Positions 9,888 to 19,769 of a stretch of 64,000 nucleotides of DNA are shown piece after piece; position 1 is the first letter of the stretch; each line of letters opens with the position of its first letter. Source of the DNA: a bacterium (GTDB lineage: Bacteria; Patescibacteriota; WWE3; 2-01-FULL-39-13; JAACPI01). Position numbers and translations under genes: made by a program. The notes under the pieces are model-generated. The model was not told where the DNA came from and ran no database searches. It saw only the letters and a program-made list of their open reading frames with translations. The stretch is taken from contig JAACPI010000003.1 in assembly GCA_009995545.1 (NCBI GenBank), forward strand, positions 5,781 to 69,780. The letters are read 5' to 3'.

Positions 9888-11915
9888 GTGAAACTGTCCA
9901 AAAAAATAGCATTACCTTTATACTCAATTACCTTAATTCTTTTTGCATTGTCGCCTTTTTATATACTAGACAAATACTTAAATACCCAACAAAAAATTTT
10001 AAACACTGGAAGTGTTTTGGGGGATACAAGTTGTAGTTGTGATTGTGGTGGGAGTCCTGGGAGTTATACCGATGTATATTGTGGGGCGAAAGGATCTGCA
10101 GGCTACCAAGAAATTAGTGGTACTTGCTACGAAATACAGGGTCACTGTAACGCAGATGCCTCTGATGACGGATCCTCATGTAACGCAAACCACTACTACA
10201 CTACGCAAGGTTCCTCTGTAGACTCATCAAACTGTGGTTCCGGAGGTGGTGGAGGTGGAGATACTTGTAACATAAGCAGCTGTGCGGATGCAGGTGGGAA
10301 GGTTTGTAACTTTGGAGTTCCAACATCCTGTAGTGGTATGAACCAATCTTTGTGTAGCACTCACGCAGGTTCAGATTGTTTTTGGACAGGATCTAGCTGC
10401 ACCTGTGATCCTAACCAAGGAAACACCGGGGGCGAGGGAGACTGCGGGTTTAACATAACTTATTCAGATAGTCATGCCTGTAGCGGAGGTAATAGCGCTT
10501 CTTTAACAGCGACAATCACAAAAAAGGACCCTTCAAAATGTACCCAAGCCCTAGACGTAGATATAAATGCGGGCTCTTTTAGTTGCCCAGGAGAAGACTA
10601 TGCTGACGGAACTTGTAGAACTTGTGGTGGAGGATCAGGCAAAACAACAGTTACTATCCCCGCTAACGAGGCATCTAAAACACACTCAGTAAGCTGCCAA
10701 GTAGAAAATAACTGCGGCTCTTGCCAGGTAGACATTAACGGTACAGGCACACTTGTATACGATAACTCTGGATGTGGGCCTGTTGTAACTCCAGGACCTC
10801 AACCAACCTACTATGATATAGGGGGAAAGGCCTATTGTGTAATAAAAAGTACTGGTCAAAAAGAGTATAAAGGGGGCATAGATATCTCACTTGGGGGAAC
10901 TAAAATTGCTACTACAGATGGTTCAGGATCTTGGGCTGCCTCTAAAGAAGCGAGCACGTTGATTAACACATATATTAGACCTACCGGAGGATCTAACTTT
11001 CCTAATGCTTCTGCAACGGATCAAAGCACAGGGGTGAACAATGGAATTAATTGTACAGATAGCAATGTCGAAGGAGCAACTCGCAGAACCGAGGGAGTAG
11101 TAGAATCTGTAGGTTGTAAAAGAACAATTCCTACTAATGAGATTAATTTTAACCTAGGGTACTGCCCAATTCCAGATTGCACGAGTATCCAGGGCCCTAA
11201 AGACCTAATAGTTGGACAGCCCGCAACCTACAATGTTTCATTTTCTAAATCTGTGCCTAATGCCAAAGTCACTGGAGTTGGAATTTCTATAATCGACGGG
11301 AGTATAAATGCAGGAACCCAAGTATGTAGTTCAGATAACCAACCTGGAAGATACATTGTACAAGATGCCAACAACAATACCTCAATAAATTCTTTTAGCT
11401 GGACACCCAAAGCTACAGGCACATTTTCAATATACGGAAGAATCTGGAATGATGGTATTACCGAATGTAAAGCCGCGTGCGTTGACGGACCACCAAGATA
11501 CGAGTGCCAAAGTGCTACAAGTTGTCGAACGGAAGTAACAGTTAAAAACCCAGAGGTGCCTGTGCCTAATTTTAGCTGTGATGATTTACTTATGAGTTTC
11601 GAGAACGCTTCGGGGGCAGTTGAGTACAACGAAACATCACCAAATATACCCAAAGGTTATACCGGAAATATAATACTAACCTGTAAAGCCAGTTCCGCTA
11701 GTACCACAAAAATTGACAAAATAAAGTTTCAACTCTCGCTGAATGGAGCAATAGTTAAACAAGCTGACAATACAGATGTTAAGGAGGTAACAGTATCCGG
11801 AGAAAATAAACGTAAATTTGAGGCCACACAAAAGTTTGCTGTAAATTCAAAAGGAAAATACGAAGCAGATTCCATGGCATGTATTACCTTTGAAGGAAAT
11901 GAGTATTGTAATTAA
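9888..11915 (+). CDS. Cys/Gly/Ser-rich secreted or surface protein
   Basis: N-terminal TM then GSVLG; very Cys-rich first half with a poly-Gly linker; beta-rich C-terminal domains. Confidence 0.75.
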   Translation: MKLSKKIALPLYSITLILFALSPFYILDKYLNTQQKILNTGSVLGDTSCSCDCGGSPGSYTDVYCGAKGSAGYQEISGTCYEIQGHCNADASDDGSSCNANHYYTTQGSSVDSSNCGSGGGGGGDTCNISSCADAGGKVCNFGVPTSCSGMNQSLCSTHAGSDCFWTGSSCTCDPNQGNTGGEGDCGFNITYSDSHACSGGNSASLTATITKKDPSKCTQALDVDINAGSFSCPGEDYADGTCRTCGGGSGKTTVTIPANEASKTHSVSCQVENNCGSCQVDINGTGTLVYDNSGCGPVVTPGPQPTYYDIGGKAYCVIKSTGQKEYKGGIDISLGGTKIATTDGSGSWAASKEASTLINTYIRPTGGSNFPNASATDQSTGVNNGINCTDSNVEGATRRTEGVVESVGCKRTIPTNEINFNLGYCPIPDCTSIQGPKDLIVGQPATYNVSFSKSVPNAKVTGVGISIIDGSINAGTQVCSSDNQPGRYIVQDANNNTSINSFSWTPKATGTFSIYGRIWNDGITECKAACVDGPPRYECQSATSCRTEVTVKNPEVPVPNFSCDDLLMSFENASGAVEYNETSPNIPKGYTGNIILTCKASSASTTKIDKIKFQLSLNGAIVKQADNTDVKEVTVSGENKRKFEATQKFAVNSKGKYEADSMACITFEGNEYCN

Positions 11916-11917
11916 AA

Positions 11918-13915
11918 ATGAATATACAAGTAGAACAAAATAACAAAAGGATAATCAGTAATCAACCTAAAAACAAAGGAAAGGTTTGGAACGTCTTATT
12001 GGGTACCCTGGGTATTACTATGATCTTTTCTATAAGTTTTTTTGCAATAAAAAACTACCTAGTTAAAGAGACAGATATAAATTTTGTAGGTACAGACGCG
12101 TGTAGAGTAAGTTTTGAAATTCTTGAGGACTCTCTTCCGCCAAGCATCAGTTGTGCGAAATTAATCAACGGATCCCCTTCTAGTGAGCAAGACCCAACCT
12201 ATGTAGAAAACGGCAGTGAATTCTTTTACACTCTAAAAGCTAAAAATACAGGTTTAACCCCCGTTTTTGTAACTAAATTTGATGATTCTTTCAGTACTCT
12301 TAACACAAATAACTATGTTAAATTTTTAGAGATTACAGACTCGTCGGGTGTTAGTTGCACACTCGAACCAGTAAATATTTTAAACTGCACAGTAACAACA
12401 ACAACTTTAAACCCTGACCAAGAAATTTACGTAACTATAAAAACTAAGGCGATTGCAAAAACAGATCAAGATTCAATTATCAACGGCATAAAGGTAGAAG
12501 CTAGTAATGTAGAACAAGATAAAAATATAAATAAAGAATGTGTTTCAGCTCTAAAAGTAGTACAAACAGTTTATACAAAATTTAGTTGCACAAAAGAGTT
12601 TACAGACGCCTCAGTGTCTATCGGAAAATCCCAAAATGCTAGCATTAAACTATTCTCAAGTACAACTACAAACAATACAGATGTAAAAAGTAATGAGGTA
12701 ATTTTTGATAAGGATATAAATAAGATCGACACCTTGCAGGTTTTAGACCCTCTTTATAATTACCCTGTATTTAACAATAAAAACACGAGTTGGCTTACCC
12801 TACCTATAATAAAAGAGGGATATCCCAAATGCGAAATAAAGGAGATACCCGATAAAGGCAAAGAAGTATTTTGTATTCAAGATAATGTAATTTTTGAAAC
12901 AGGAAAAAACTTACTAGAATTTAGCTCTACAATAGTAGACAATGCCACCCCTTCAGAAGACATTATTAACTCCTCCGCCCTAAATATTGTTGTTAATGGG
13001 AGCGCGCAAACAGTTTATTGTAGTGATACAGTTAAAGTATTGGAAAAAGAAGAGTCTAATCTAGAGTGCTCAAAATCTTTTTATAACGAAATGGGAGAAA
13101 AACTTGATGACAAGGCAAAGGTCAGTGCTGGTAAAAAAATACTAGCTAAAATCGAAATTAAAAATAAGGGAAACACCTTACTAGAGGGAGTTAAACTGAA
13201 AGATCCTTTAGACAAAAGCTATAAATCAGAAGGCGCACAGAACTTGAATTACTTACAATATAAAGAAATATCTAGTAGCAGTTCACAAGAAACAAAAGAT
13301 AAATGTAATATTAACAGTAAAAAAGATGAGGTTACTTGCGAAAATATTAAGATCAATCCTGGGGAATCTACCACACTATACACCTTATTAAAGTTACAAG
13401 AATCAGTAGAAGATAAAAAACAGGTTATAAACGTAGCTAAAGTTGAATATACCGATAGTGAGGGGAATAAATTGCAAGGTTACTGTAAAGATAATTTTGA
13501 AACTAATGCTAAAGAAGAATCTACCCACTTAGAGTGCAGTAACAGTGCTTGTATAACAGTCGATGGTTCAGGAGAAGACGGATGTGCAACTGATGCAAAC
13601 TGCTCATACACAACTTGCGAAGGAAACAGCTGTACGCAAAAAGAATGTACAAGTGGCAACTGTAACAGCAGTTGTACTGCGGACAATGACTGTGTTACAG
13701 GTCAGCAAAGTCACCTGATTTGTCAAAATCAATCCTGTGAACAGGTTTTAGGTGCAGGTATAAGTAAGTGTTCTAATAATAACGACTGTAGCTTAGAAGT
13801 ACAAAAACCAATACCAGATACTGGAAAAACAGACTACACTATTTACCTAGCTTTAAGTGCATTAGGTATAGGTTTATTTGTTAGCTTAATACTTTTTAGA
13901 AAATCTAAAGTTTAA
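11918..13915 (+). CDS. DUF11-like repeat surface protein with Cys-rich stalk and LPXTG-like (IPDTG) sorting signal
   Basis: Repeated C-x-K...YTL/IEI-x-N-x-G...D units; ends KPIPDTG + hydrophobic helix + RKSK. Confidence 0.75.
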   Translation: MNIQVEQNNKRIISNQPKNKGKVWNVLLGTLGITMIFSISFFAIKNYLVKETDINFVGTDACRVSFEILEDSLPPSISCAKLINGSPSSEQDPTYVENGSEFFYTLKAKNTGLTPVFVTKFDDSFSTLNTNNYVKFLEITDSSGVSCTLEPVNILNCTVTTTTLNPDQEIYVTIKTKAIAKTDQDSIINGIKVEASNVEQDKNINKECVSALKVVQTVYTKFSCTKEFTDASVSIGKSQNASIKLFSSTTTNNTDVKSNEVIFDKDINKIDTLQVLDPLYNYPVFNNKNTSWLTLPIIKEGYPKCEIKEIPDKGKEVFCIQDNVIFETGKNLLEFSSTIVDNATPSEDIINSSALNIVVNGSAQTVYCSDTVKVLEKEESNLECSKSFYNEMGEKLDDKAKVSAGKKILAKIEIKNKGNTLLEGVKLKDPLDKSYKSEGAQNLNYLQYKEISSSSSQETKDKCNINSKKDEVTCENIKINPGESTTLYTLLKLQESVEDKKQVINVAKVEYTDSEGNKLQGYCKDNFETNAKEESTHLECSNSACITVDGSGEDGCATDANCSYTTCEGNSCTQKECTSGNCNSSCTADNDCVTGQQSHLICQNQSCEQVLGAGISKCSNNNDCSLEVQKPIPDTGKTDYTIYLALSALGIGLFVSLILFRKSKV

Positions 13916-13950
13916 TTCTACTGGAGTAAATAAAAAAACAAAGTCACAGC

Positions 13951-14613
13951 TTAGTACTTATAAGTATACATAGTTATACCTTTATTCTTAGAAATAGTCA
14001 GATAACTAGCATGCTGTTTACCAACAAAGCCAGGATTAGCGTACAGTCTATTTAACTCTCTATAATGAGTGTGTCCAAAAATAACCCTCTCAAATTTTCC
14101 AGACTCTTTAGAAAATGCCTTAAAGATACTTAAGTTTATATCTTTTAAGTAAGAAACTTCTTTTTCAAGCGTTTCTAGTTTTGGTTCTAAATTGGAAACT
14201 ATTCTGTCGTAGTAAAGTAAAAGGATTTTTGTAACGATGCGTGGCATAAGATAGAGGTAATAACGAACATCTATACTTTTTAAATGTAAATGGCCGTGTA
14301 AAAATGCGTATCTTTTCCCATAAATATTTTTAACTACATACCTACCGGAAGTATACTCAATATTTTTTAAAAATGGAAAATCAAAATCTTTATCATGGTT
14401 ACCTCGTATAAATAAACACTTTTTTTTGTCTAAAACTTGAAATAACTCCAAATACTTATAATAAATGGCATTGGGAGAACTACGGTAACCCTCGAACAAA
14501 TCACCAACAACTATTATTTTAGAGTACCGATTAAATAAATCAGTCAGAAAATGTATTTTATTAAGAGGGGTTTTATCTGTTAAATGTAAATCAGATATTA
14601 CTAAATAGGACAT
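13951..14613 (-). CDS. Calcineurin-like metallophosphoesterase (LpxH-like)
   Basis: SDLH, GDLFE, GNHD, HGH, GHTH, NPG motifs; start moved to ATG 14613. Confidence 0.85.
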   Translation of the reverse strand: MSYLVISDLHLTDKTPLNKIHFLTDLFNRYSKIIVVGDLFEGYRSSPNAIYYKYLELFQVLDKKKCLFIRGNHDKDFDFPFLKNIEYTSGRYVVKNIYGKRYAFLHGHLHLKSIDVRYYLYLMPRIVTKILLLYYDRIVSNLEPKLETLEKEVSYLKDINLSIFKAFSKESGKFERVIFGHTHYRELNRLYANPGFVGKQHASYLTISKNKGITMYTYKY

Positions 14614-14636
14614 GGTATGGTATAGTATATCGCAAA

Positions 14637-15977
14637 ATGGACACAAATGAAGGCCAAAAAAATTTATCTTTTAATGAATACACACCCAATATGTATTCTC
14701 TTCGACCATTTGTTCAAGACAATGCACCTGAAACTACCAAAACACTTATAGATCCATTTATTAGCGACTTTTCTGACTCTACTTATATAGCTGCAGCTAT
14801 GCTTCTTACCCCGGAAATTTTAGGGACTCTTACTAATTTTTTGTTGCATAAAAAAACAACTCGAAGATCCCTACTGCTAGGAATGGGAATCGCAGCTGCT
14901 GGTATGGTTAAATTGGCAGATACCGCAGATCTAGCTGAAAGGTTGTTAAGCTATTATGAAAACGAAGGTCGTGAAAATATGTTTGCAGAGAGAACCCTGT
15001 TAAGGTCACCGGAGCTTGCTTACTATAAATTATACCTAGATACAGTCGCTACCTTTGATTACCAGAGTAGACTTAAAAATCAATCAGTCCTAGAGTCTCC
15101 AAAGCAGGAGTTTTCAGACACAGGTGATTACCTGGAAATGACTTTTTTACAACGAAACAAAGAAGTAAAATTTTTTGGCTACAGATCCCAAAAACCTATA
15201 AGTATAGACCTTGACGGGAGTTATTTAGCTCAAAATGCTAGGCAATTTCACTCTATGAGTAATCAAAAGTGTTCCTGCTTTCTAAATGCCACCAGCCTAT
15301 CAGCAATTGAGTGGTCTAAGGCTATAGCGATCGGAGAAACGGAAATGTCCAAACCGGAAGAAAAAATAGTTTATGGTTCTGAAAGCCTATTTGTTTACCA
15401 AGCACTGCATAAAAATTCTCCTGTGTGGGAACATGCAAGATATCTCATGACCCACAATCACCCAAACTTTTCGGAGCTTACCCTACGACCGGGTAATAAA
15501 AATCAGCACGCAGTTGTAGCAAACGAGGCGGGTGAAATGTCCGTAGTTTCAAACGTAGTGCTGTCAGAATGGGTGAAAAATAAATTTTTACCAAAAGGTA
15601 TAAAATACGCATGGTTACCTCAATTTTGTTTTGTACCCGATCAAGAAGGTATTAACTACGACATTCCCTTTAACGACTTACATCACAGAATGCTGTCTTT
15701 ACTAGCCTACGATGGGCAACAAACATATTTAATCTCGGGAAAGCCCGATTATTTCTGCACTCCTTGGGACATTAGAGATGTCGTTAAATATTTTCAAGAT
15801 GCTTATAAAACTAAGTTTAAATTTGTAGCGTGCACAGATGTAGGTTTAGCAGGAGGTTTTAATATTTCTGATGACAATAGAAATGTATTTAAACCTAGCT
15901 TAGAGGGATTTTGCTCAACTGGAAAAGTTTTACCAAAAGCTTTAGATCATACGGCCTCTGTAATATTGGGAATATAG
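14637..15977 (+). CDS. Hypothetical protein, possibly a divergent phosphodiester glycosidase (NAGPA/DUF2233)-like protein
   Basis: 446-aa ORF; internal TTRRSLL + hydrophobic stretch; C-terminal HRMLSLLAYD...TPWDI...ACTDVG weakly resembles NAGPA RTAIG...LDGG. Confidence 0.5.
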   Translation: MDTNEGQKNLSFNEYTPNMYSLRPFVQDNAPETTKTLIDPFISDFSDSTYIAAAMLLTPEILGTLTNFLLHKKTTRRSLLLGMGIAAAGMVKLADTADLAERLLSYYENEGRENMFAERTLLRSPELAYYKLYLDTVATFDYQSRLKNQSVLESPKQEFSDTGDYLEMTFLQRNKEVKFFGYRSQKPISIDLDGSYLAQNARQFHSMSNQKCSCFLNATSLSAIEWSKAIAIGETEMSKPEEKIVYGSESLFVYQALHKNSPVWEHARYLMTHNHPNFSELTLRPGNKNQHAVVANEAGEMSVVSNVVLSEWVKNKFLPKGIKYAWLPQFCFVPDQEGINYDIPFNDLHHRMLSLLAYDGQQTYLISGKPDYFCTPWDIRDVVKYFQDAYKTKFKFVACTDVGLAGGFNISDDNRNVFKPSLEGFCSTGKVLPKALDHTASVILGI

Positions 15978-16088
15978 TGTGGTTTTGTAAACAAGCTAGG
16001 CTTGTAAACTGTATACCACACAATCAAGGATATACCTTGAAACAGTTTAGTTACTATCGTGCACTAGTGCAAAATAGTAAATTACTCT

Positions 16089-16727
16089 TTAAAGCAGCTC
16101 TACCACCTCCTTGGCCCTATCTAAAGTATTACGAACCTTTTGAACGGATTCAGCATATTCCTCAGGTAATCCCGCGGGGTAAAGACGCGTTAACCACAAG
16201 GGACTAATCAGACATAGAGAAAAAGAATCGACGTACATACCACCGGACCGCCTCACACGAGGATTACGACCTGTAATATGGTAGCCGACGCGCTCAAGAG
16301 CCTTTCTGGAGCCAAGATTTTCAATCATAACCTCAGACTGAATAGTCGCACGGTCAAGATAGGTAAGCGCGTACCAAGTGCGTGCCACATGGGCGCGGCT
16401 TGCAACACCTTTTCCCCACCAACTAGGGTCACAGATAATAATCCCAGTGTGACAACTGTTAGAACTATTTATATCGTGAATCCCGGTAGAACCAACGACT
16501 TTACCGTGCCCTTCAGGCTCGATTGCCCAGTAGACATCTTCGTTCTCCTGAGCCTTGTCAAACCACTTCTCCTCCATCTGTTGAGTGAAACCTCGGGACT
16601 GCAGAGTGTACTCATGAACTCTGGGACTGCTAAACATGTCAGCAAAGTAACCCATCTCCTCACGTTTAAAAGGACGAAGATTGATATAGAATCCGTCCCA
16701 ACCAACTTTGAACTTAGGTCCAAACAT
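16089..16727 (-). CDS. GNAT N-acetyltransferase (RimJ/RimL family)
   Basis: INLRPF, WWGKGVAS (acetyl-CoA motif A), ENLGSRKALERVGY; SD aaggag upstream. Confidence 0.85.
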   Translation of the reverse strand: MFGPKFKVGWDGFYINLRPFKREEMGYFADMFSSPRVHEYTLQSRGFTQQMEEKWFDKAQENEDVYWAIEPEGHGKVVGSTGIHDINSSNSCHTGIIICDPSWWGKGVASRAHVARTWYALTYLDRATIQSEVMIENLGSRKALERVGYHITGRNPRVRRSGGMYVDSFSLCLISPLWLTRLYPAGLPEEYAESVQKVRNTLDRAKEVVELL

Positions 16728-16871
16728 GTGATTTCTCCTTTGATAGTGGCTGTAGTTGAGTTGTTAAAGAGCTTCTTTGTTCTTTAGTTGTCTTTGTATT
16801 TCCTTAGCTACAAAGGGTTTAAAGAACCAAAAAAGCCTTCAAATAGAGATTTATTAAGTGAAAATAAGCAC

Positions 16872-16896
16872 AAAAAAAGCCTCCGTTTGGAGGCTT
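16872..16896 (-). terminator. Intrinsic terminator
   Basis: aagcctcc-aaac-ggaggctt hairpin running into a T7 tract on the minus strand. Confidence 0.8.
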
Positions 16897-17025
16897 ATCC
16901 GGGTGTTTAAAGGGGGGTTAAATCTTAGATAAGCCACAAACTTGCGCAATAACCTGCATAACAGGGTTTAAACCCGCTGTTGCAGAAATATTAAGTTTGC
17001 AGTTCCATCTAAAATAGTTCATATC
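16872..17025 (-). ncRNA. Candidate structured small RNA or attenuator leader (contains a 34-aa uORF, 17022..16918)
   Basis: TATAAT at 17037-17032; long imperfect hairpin 16925-17012 centred on gggtttaaaccc; ends in an intrinsic terminator. Confidence 0.45.
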
Positions 17026-17220
17026 TAGGATATTATAACTGTTATTTCTACTTAATCAAGTACTATAGGGTGTTTATTGAATTAATAACAAATAACACAT
17101 ATTGTAAAATAACCCTGTCTAATGGTTTATAGTACGATTTAAGTGGAAAACTACGGATTAAAACGTTATAATCTAGCAGGCTAAGCCTAAGTATCCTGAA
17201 TACGGGGGTTAGCTATTTAT

Positions 17221-17298
17221 GGTGGCTGTAGCTCAATTGGTTAGAGCGCCGCTTTGTGGAAGCGGAGGCAGTGGGTTCAAATCCCATCAGCCACCCCA
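17221..17298 (+). tRNA. tRNA-His (GTG) with encoded G-1 and CCA
   Basis: Cloverleaf: G-1, acceptor GTGGCTG/CAGCCAC, D arm gctc-aattggtta-gagc, anticodon stem ccgct/agcgg with loop ttGTGga, T loop GTTCAAAT, C73, CCA. Confidence 0.96.
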
Positions 17299-17410
17299 CC
17301 TTAAAATCCTTTACCTAAGCCATCTGTAGTGGTATAAAACACTACTGATAACTACTGCCACTTAGGCTAGTCTTTATTGCAGACAAGCACTTTTGTTCGG
17401 ATATCATCCT
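17273..17410 (+). repeat. Repeat R0 (tRNA-His 3' end plus downstream arm) and partial left arm R0b (17381-17410)
   Basis: ttaaaatcctttacctaagccatct (17301-17325) matches 23/25 nt at 18749 and 19836; caagcacttttgttcggatatc resembles the left arm of later copies. Confidence 0.8.
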
Positions 17411-17496
17411 ACAACAAAAGAGCACAGACATTTTCGCCCTCGAAGAAGGAGTCGCATTTTCACAGACACACAAGTATACAACTCTAGTCATTGAGC

Positions 17497-18648
17497 TTAA
17501 AGATTTTCCTTAATCCATAGATTTAGAGGATCCCTCTGTTTGATATAAGACTCTACAGTGATCGGGATAGGAATATTTGGCTTGAGTACATCTAGGTCTT
17601 GTCCAGGCAATAACTCAAAATACTTATACGAACACTGAACTTCAATTTTAGAGTTTGGCAGGACTATGTCCTTTCTATCACCAAATCTATTAGGCTTTTG
17701 TCCTGCATTTTCTCCAATTAGCACTGCGTTTTTATGTTGTTTCAAAAAAAGCGTATGATGCATGGCAGACGAAAATGTTTCTCTACCGATTGCTACATAC
17801 GTTGGAGTATTATCTGGGAAATTTTCGAAGGAGTCTTCCATAACACTAGTATCACCTCCGCCGTTAAGGCGTAAGTCTACAATAATGCTCTTTGCTTTAG
17901 AGGCTTCGAGAGAAAGAACTTTTTTAAACTTCTTCAGTTCATTCTCAGTGTGTCCTCTGTTGTTACAAGCATTGTACTGAAATACAAGGGTTTCTTCTTC
18001 CATGCGAAGCCTATACGTATTGTTTCCTGTGTAGGTGGGATTTTTAATGTAATCAGATTTCTTCCAAGTTAATGGTTTCAGTACAATTGCATTTTGAAAT
18101 TCTTCCTCAGTTCCTTTGTTAATTTCAAAACTCCCTTCAGACGTCTCTATATTTAATAAGTCTTTCTTGCTCACATCTATATATTTGAGAATATTGTTGG
18201 ATTGTAGATAGATCGAAACATCTCTAAACAGAACCTCTAAGTTCTCTTGTGAAGACAGCTTTGCTATTCTCTTGGTAAGTTCTTCAATCGAGATATCATT
18301 TATGCTTAAAAGTTTCTTTCCAAGAAAAGCTTTTTTGTTTTCTGTGATACCTACGATGTGGAGAATATCTCCTATAAATATGTATTTTATAGGAAATAGG
18401 GACCCTCCTATTCTAGTAACTTTTGTATGGGCGTCTCTCAATAACACTAAAGCTTCTTGAATAACGTACCTCATCTCCTCTTCAGTACAATCAAGAGTTT
18501 TGGACAATTCCTTTTCGAAGTCCTTTTTTTCAACATTTTTATAAGGATCACAATGTATTTGTTCTATCCCAGATACTAAGTATTTAATGTCTTCCTTCTT
18601 TTCCTTAGTAGTTAATTGGGTAGATTTTATGTTTTTGCTCATTTTCAA
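17497..18648 (-). CDS. S41 family peptidase-like protein
   Basis: LRDAHT, IIVDLRLNGGGD, ETFSSA, LIGENAG motifs. Confidence 0.75.
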   Translation of the reverse strand: MKMSKNIKSTQLTTKEKKEDIKYLVSGIEQIHCDPYKNVEKKDFEKELSKTLDCTEEEMRYVIQEALVLLRDAHTKVTRIGGSLFPIKYIFIGDILHIVGITENKKAFLGKKLLSINDISIEELTKRIAKLSSQENLEVLFRDVSIYLQSNNILKYIDVSKKDLLNIETSEGSFEINKGTEEEFQNAIVLKPLTWKKSDYIKNPTYTGNNTYRLRMEEETLVFQYNACNNRGHTENELKKFKKVLSLEASKAKSIIVDLRLNGGGDTSVMEDSFENFPDNTPTYVAIGRETFSSAMHHTLFLKQHKNAVLIGENAGQKPNRFGDRKDIVLPNSKIEVQCSYKYFELLPGQDLDVLKPNIPIPITVESYIKQRDPLNLWIKENL

Positions 18649-18701
18649 GTTATATCATAATAGTATCTATATTATACAATTACTCTTATCAAAATCTCTA
18701 T

Positions 18702-18836
18702 TTCACCAACTATTTGGTTCAAACCAAAAATCTATCAGCTACCCCACCTTAAAACCCTTTACCTAAGCCATTTGTAGGCGTCATAACATACCCCTATGAG
18801 ACTTACTTGAACTCCTAGACTTCCGAACCTAAAAAT
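18702..18836 (+). repeat. Repeat R1: degenerate tRNA-His 3' end plus downstream arm
   Basis: ggttcaaa...atcagctaccccaccttaaaaccctttacctaagccattt; similarity to R2 extends about 95 nt. Confidence 0.85.
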
Positions 18837-18914
18837 ATTTTAAAATGAATATTACTGAAGCTTATTGGTTGTTATTAATTTTGTTATTTGAAATAAACTT
18901 GTTAAAATTTTCTT

Positions 18915-19760
18915 ATGGATATGAACTTACTTGAGGAAAAATTTAAAGGACTTCCAGATCATAAAAAAGTTGCTTTTAAAGCATTAAAATATTTAAGTGA
19001 GTCTCCAGATGTAATAGGATTGTACTTATCTGGATCTTTTGCAAAGGGTCTACCAGACATATATTCTGACTTAGATATAAATATACTAGTTGATCCCACA
19101 AAGCGAGAAAAGATAGTTAAAGAGCACCAAGAAAACCTAATTAAAAATGTAGGTAAGATAGCCACTTTATTTCCCGCAACTCACTTAGGTGACCCTAACC
19201 AAATAATCGTTTTTTATGAAGAAGGCGTACCAATTCACGTAGATTACCAATATAGAGTACTGGAAGATCTTTTACCCACTTCAAAAAATAAAGATGTATT
19301 AGTCTTATTTGACCCTGGAGGTGTCTTAACTGAGTGGAAAAGTAAGTGCTTAATTGCTAAACCTGAGACCCTACCGATTAACGATAAAATGCAATATTTT
19401 GAAGATAGATTTTGGGGTTGGTGCGCCTACACGGATGCAAAAATTGAAAGAGGTGAACTGTGGGAATCTAGAGACGCTCTTGAATACTTAAGATCTAATG
19501 TACTAGTTTCTTTGGCTTATTTTAAGCTCGGATTACCAAATGAAGGAAATAGGAGGCTAGAGTCTAAATTCCCTACCGATATACTTAATTCACTAACCAG
19601 TACTGTTCCTTTGGGCTTGGATAAAAATTCATATAAAGATGCTTTACTAAGTACGATTGAAGGCTACACAACTCTTTTCAGGGATGTCTCTAGCTTAAAC
19701 ACCACTAACAAAACCACCCTAGCGGATCGCGAATATTTTATCCGCTCGATCAAAAGCTAA
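18915..19760 (+). CDS. Nucleotidyltransferase (LinB/ANT(6)-like Pol-beta fold plus helical domain)
   Basis: LYLSGSFAKG...DIYSDLDI, HVDY, RGELWE motifs. Confidence 0.8.
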   Translation: MDMNLLEEKFKGLPDHKKVAFKALKYLSESPDVIGLYLSGSFAKGLPDIYSDLDINILVDPTKREKIVKEHQENLIKNVGKIATLFPATHLGDPNQIIVFYEEGVPIHVDYQYRVLEDLLPTSKNKDVLVLFDPGGVLTEWKSKCLIAKPETLPINDKMQYFEDRFWGWCAYTDAKIERGELWESRDALEYLRSNVLVSLAYFKLGLPNEGNRRLESKFPTDILNSLTSTVPLGLDKNSYKDALLSTIEGYTTLFRDVSSLNTTNKTTLADREYFIRSIKS

Positions 19761-19769
19761 TACACAGAT

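Noticed and set aside
16278-16787. 169-aa plus-strand ORF and the many other short antisense or overlapping ORFs in the track
   Set aside because: They shadow well-supported genes on the opposite strand or in another frame and have no motifs or start signals
16872-17025. SRP RNA or 6S RNA assignment for the long hairpin
   Set aside because: No SRP helix-8 GNRA loop motif and no 6S-type central bubble closed by pairing of the 5' and 3' ends
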